From NCBI GenBank assembly GCA_041158285.1, contig JBEBBR010000055.1, positions 1 to 29,220 on the forward strand: a stretch of DNA of 29,220 nt. Direction: 5' to 3'. Below the pieces are notes generated by a model. It was not told the DNA's origin and ran no database searches. It worked only from the letters and a program-made list of their open reading frames with translations. The DNA is from Actinomycetota bacterium. GTDB taxonomy: Bacteria > Actinomycetota > Actinomycetes > S36-B12 > UBA5976. The position numbers were made by a program, and so were the translations under genes. Below are positions 27,670-29,220 of this stretch, piece after piece; position 1 is the stretch's first letter, and each line of letters opens with the position of its first letter.

Positions 27670-29220
27670 CTAGATCCGCTGCTCTATCGCGGAGACAATT
27701 TCTTCAATCGCATCGTCGATGAGCACACCATTGTTTTGGTCACCGTTGCGATATCTGAAGGACACTGCACCCTTAGCGATATCTTCGTCTCCAGCAATCA
27801 ACATAAATGGAATCTTCTGTTGTTGCGCGTTACGAATCTTCTTCTGCATGCGGTCATCTGAAGTGTCGACTTCAACACGAACACCGCGAGCGCGAAGCTT
27901 TGCAGCCACATCATGGAGGTATTCGTTATGTGCCTCTGCAATTGGAATTCCAACAACCTGCACAGGAGCCAGCCAAGCTGGGAATGCACCTGCATAGTGT
28001 TCGAGAAGTACACCAAAGAATCGTTCAATCGAACCGAACAACGCGCGGTGAATCATGATTGGCTGTTGGCGGCTGCCATCACTTGCGGTGTATTCAAGAC
28101 CAAATCGCTGTGGCATCTGGAAGTCCACCTGAATAGTGGACATCTGCCAGGTGCGACCAATCGCGTCTTTTGCTTGGACGCTGATCTTTGGTCCATAGAA
28201 AGCCGCGCCACCTGGATCCGGAACCAAATCAAGGCCACTTGCTGCTGCAGCTTCGCTGAGTGCGGCAGTTGCTTCGGCCCAATCTTCATCTGAACCCACG
28301 AATTTTTCTTCGTTACGGGTTGAGAGTTCGAGATAGAAATCATTCAAACCATAGTCACGCAGAAGGTTAAGAACGAAGGTCAAAAGATTCTTGAGCTCGT
28401 CTTGCATCTGTTCGCGACTGCAATAGATATGTGCATCATCTTGAGTCATACCGCGAACGCGAGTCAGACCATGAACCACACCGCTCTTTTCGTAGCGGTA
28501 GACAGATCCAAATTCAAATAAACGAAGTGGCAGTTCACGGTACGAACGACCACGGGAACGGAAGATCAAATTGTGGAACGGGCAGTTCATTGGTTTGAGG
28601 TAGTAGTCCTGACCTGGCTTACGAACGTTTCCATCTTCGTCGAGCTCTTCGTCAAGCTTCATTGCTGGGAACATGGCATCTTTATAGAAACCTAGATGGC
28701 CAGAAAGTTCAAAGAGGTTTGATTTCGTAATGTGAGGTGTGTAGACAAATTCATAACCCGCTGCTTTGTGACGTTCGCGCGAGTAATCCTCCATCGCCCG
28801 ACGAACAATTCCACCTTTGGGATGGAACACTGCGAGACCGCTACCGATTTCGTCAGGAAAAGAAAAGAGATCTAATTCGGTTCCTAGCTTGCGGTGATCG
28901 CGACGTTCAGCTTCAGCGATTGCATCGAGGTATGCACGAAGATCATCTTTGGATGGCCATGCGGTTCCGTAGACGCGTTGCAATTGTGGATTCTTTTCAG
29001 AACCTCTCCAGTATGCAGCTGCGGTACGCATAAGTTTGAATGCGTTCGGAACGATGTAACGAGTGTCTGGTACATGTGGCCCACGGCAAAGATCGCCCCA
29101 GCAGGTTTCACCGGTACGCGGATCGACATTGTCATAGATGGTGAGTTCGGCACCGCCGACCTCCATCACATCAGAGTCAGCGCCACCTTTGATACCAATC
29201 AATTCAACTTTGAATGGTTC
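27670..29220 (-). CDS. thrS: Threonine--tRNA ligase, 3' part (starts beyond the right edge)
   Basis: The frame stays open to the edge ([11 protein letters not shown]). [87 protein letters not shown]. Confidence 0.98.
   Translation of the reverse strand, partial: EPFKVELIGIKGGADSDVMEVGGAELTIYDNVDPRTGETCWGDLCRGPHVPDTRYIVPNAFKLMRTAAAYWRGSEKNPQLQRVYGTAWPSKDDLRAYLDAIAEAERRDHRKLGTELDLFSFPDEIGSGLAVFHPKGGIVRRAMEDYSRERHKAAGYEFVYTPHITKSNLFELSGHLGFYKDAMFPAMKLDEELDEDGNVRKPGQDYYLKPMNCPFHNLIFRSRGRSYRELPLRLFEFGSVYRYEKSGVVHGLTRVRGMTQDDAHIYCSREQMQDELKNLLTFVLNLLRDYGLNDFYLELSTRNEEKFVGSDEDWAEATAALSEAAAASGLDLVPDPGGAAFYGPKISVQAKDAIGRTWQMSTIQVDFQMPQRFGLEYTASDGSRQQPIMIHRALFGSIERFFGVLLEHYAGAFPAWLAPVQVVGIPIAEAHNEYLHDVAAKLRARGVRVEVDTSDDRMQKKIRNAQQQKIPFMLIAGDEDIAKGAVSFRYRNGDQNNGVLIDDAIEEIVSAIEQRI

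Noticed and set aside
28600-28680. Extra segment [20 protein letters not shown] in ThrS before KPMNCP
   Set aside because: A similar insertion is, to my knowledge, common in actinobacterial ThrRS, so it is not distinctive.
1-29220. Search for tRNA, rRNA, CRISPR repeats, IS or integrase genes, T-boxes and riboswitches
   Set aside because: No intergenic gap is long enough or shows the required structure, and no transposase or integrase motifs appear in any ORF.

Overview
This is an actinobacterial chromosomal segment with roughly 50% GC by eye, very short intergenic gaps and many overlapping start/stop codons. It is mostly the conserved actinobacterial block, read on the minus strand from the right end: thrS (partial), HIT, pgsA, PIM acyltransferase, pimA, LemA-like, DUF3048 lipoprotein, pdxS, pdxT, yebC, WS/DGAT, ruvCAB, secDF, apt, rel. 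A plus-strand pair (membrane cyclophilin + DUF349) follows, closed by a bidirectional terminator. A second minus-strand run then contains MBL hydrolase, hisS, aspS, a lipoprotein, an FtsH-like AAA+/M41 protease, rarA, a 62-aa membrane ORF and alaS (partial, absent from the ORF track because it runs off the left edge). I saw no rRNA, tRNA, CRISPR array or mobile element. The best candidate for an uncharacterised system is the lipoprotein + atypical FtsH-like protease pair between aspS and rarA. Other oddities are a WS/DGAT gene between yebC and ruvC, no yajC between ruvB and secD, a loop insertion in PdxS, and a possible leaderless uORF/hairpin ahead of the hisS-aspS-alaS run. Family assignments come from recognised motifs, not from database searches.
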